Source of the DNA: Isurus oxyrinchus
Taxonomy: Eukaryota
NCBI GenBank assembly: GCA_026770705.1
Contig: JANJGN010000032.1
Span: forward strand, 14,322,001-14,386,000
DNA length: 64,000 nucleotides
Direction: 5' to 3'
The notes beneath the pieces are model-generated. The model had not been told where the DNA came from. It worked only from the letters and a program-made list of their open reading frames with translations, and did no database searches. This document shows, piece by piece, positions 63,046 through 64,000 of this stretch. Within the stretch, counting starts at the first letter, position 1, and every line of letters starts with the position of its first letter. The translations under genes were made by a program, and so were the position numbers.

Positions 63046-64000
63046 CTGCTTCATCAATGACCTTCCCTCCGTCATAAGGTAAGGAATGGGGATGTTTGTT
63101 GATGATTGCACAATGTTCAGCACTATTCGTGACTATTCAGATAGTGAAGCAGTCCATGCCCACAAGAAGACAAACTTGGACAATATTCATGGATTGGGCT
63201 GATAAGTGGAAAGTAACGTTTGCACCACACAAGTGTCAGGCAATGACCATTGCCAACAAGAGAGAACCTAACCATTTCTCCTTGACATTTTACGGCATTA
63301 ATAGCATTGCATGCCCCAATATTAACATCCTGGGGGTTACCATTGACCAGAAACTGAAGTGGACTAGCCATACAAATACTGTGGCTGTAAGAGTATGTCA
63401 GAGGTAGGAGGAATTCTGCGTCAGCTAACCCACCTCCTGACTCCCCAAAACCATCTACAAGGCACAAGTCAGGAGTGTGGTGGAATACTATCCGTTGCCT
63501 GGATGAGTGCAGCTCCAACCACACTCAAGAAGCTCAACACCATCCAGGACAAAGCAGCTGCTTGATCGGCACCCTATCCACCACCTTAAACATTCATTCT
63601 GTCCACACCAACGCACAGTGGTAGCAGTGTGTACCATCTACAAGATGCACTGCAGCAACTCACCAAGGCTCCTTCGACAGCACCTTCCAAACCCACAACC
63701 ACTACCACCTAGAAGGTCAAGGGCAGCAGACGCATGGGAACACCATCACCTGTAAGTTCCCCTTCAAGTCACACACCATCCTGACTTGGAAATATATTGC
63801 TGTTCCTTCACTGTGGCTGTATCAAATTCCCTCCCTTATAGCACTGTGGGTGAACCTACACCTTATGGACTGCAGCGTTTCAAGAAGGCAGCTCACCACC
63901 ACTTTCTCAAGGGCAATAAATGCTGGCCTTGTCAGTAATGCCCACATCCTGTTAAGGAATAAAAAAAGACTCCCCTAAGCCCCTTCACATCCTTTAGAGG

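Larger units (their letters stand above)
61750..63965 (+). mobile_element. CR1-clade LINE RT/3' fragment (61750-61939 and 63046-63965) interrupted by a Penelope element
   Basis: GVPQGSV..PTIF | CFINDLPS..GMFVDDCTMF..WADKWKVTFAPHKCQAM..LGVTIDQKLKWTSH. Confidence 0.9.

Noticed and set aside
1-64000. Prokaryotic systems (CRISPR arrays, operons, prophage)
   Set aside because: No regularly spaced direct repeats or dense coding. The content is vertebrate interspersed repeats.

Overview
Eukaryotic, repeat-dense vertebrate DNA. The repeat families (tRNA-derived Deu-domain SINE, CR1/L2 LINEs, Penelope-like elements, Harbinger transposons) and the histone sequences point to a cartilaginous fish (shark-like); this is inferred, not proven. 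I recognise no intact cellular gene, and most ORF-track entries are repeat-derived or spurious. The window holds one nearly complete but decayed two-gene PIF/Harbinger transposon (transposase plus a spliced Myb/SANT gene, about 40079-44773), two partial Harbingers and about eight related MITEs. It also has a solo LTR, Penelope fragments with minimal hammerhead-ribozyme motifs, many SINE/LINE fragments and a 158-N gap. The most unusual signal is two histone copies embedded in, and co-oriented with, non-LTR retroelements. An H2B with an intact ORF sits directly behind the tRNA-derived head of a SINE. An H2A, split by nested MITEs, is preceded by a decayed tRNA-Trp and followed by a LINE 3' end. 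Both lack the histone stem-loop and any clear poly(A). They may be isolated repair or retroposition accidents, or members of an undescribed histone-carrying retroposon class; a genome-wide junction search would decide.
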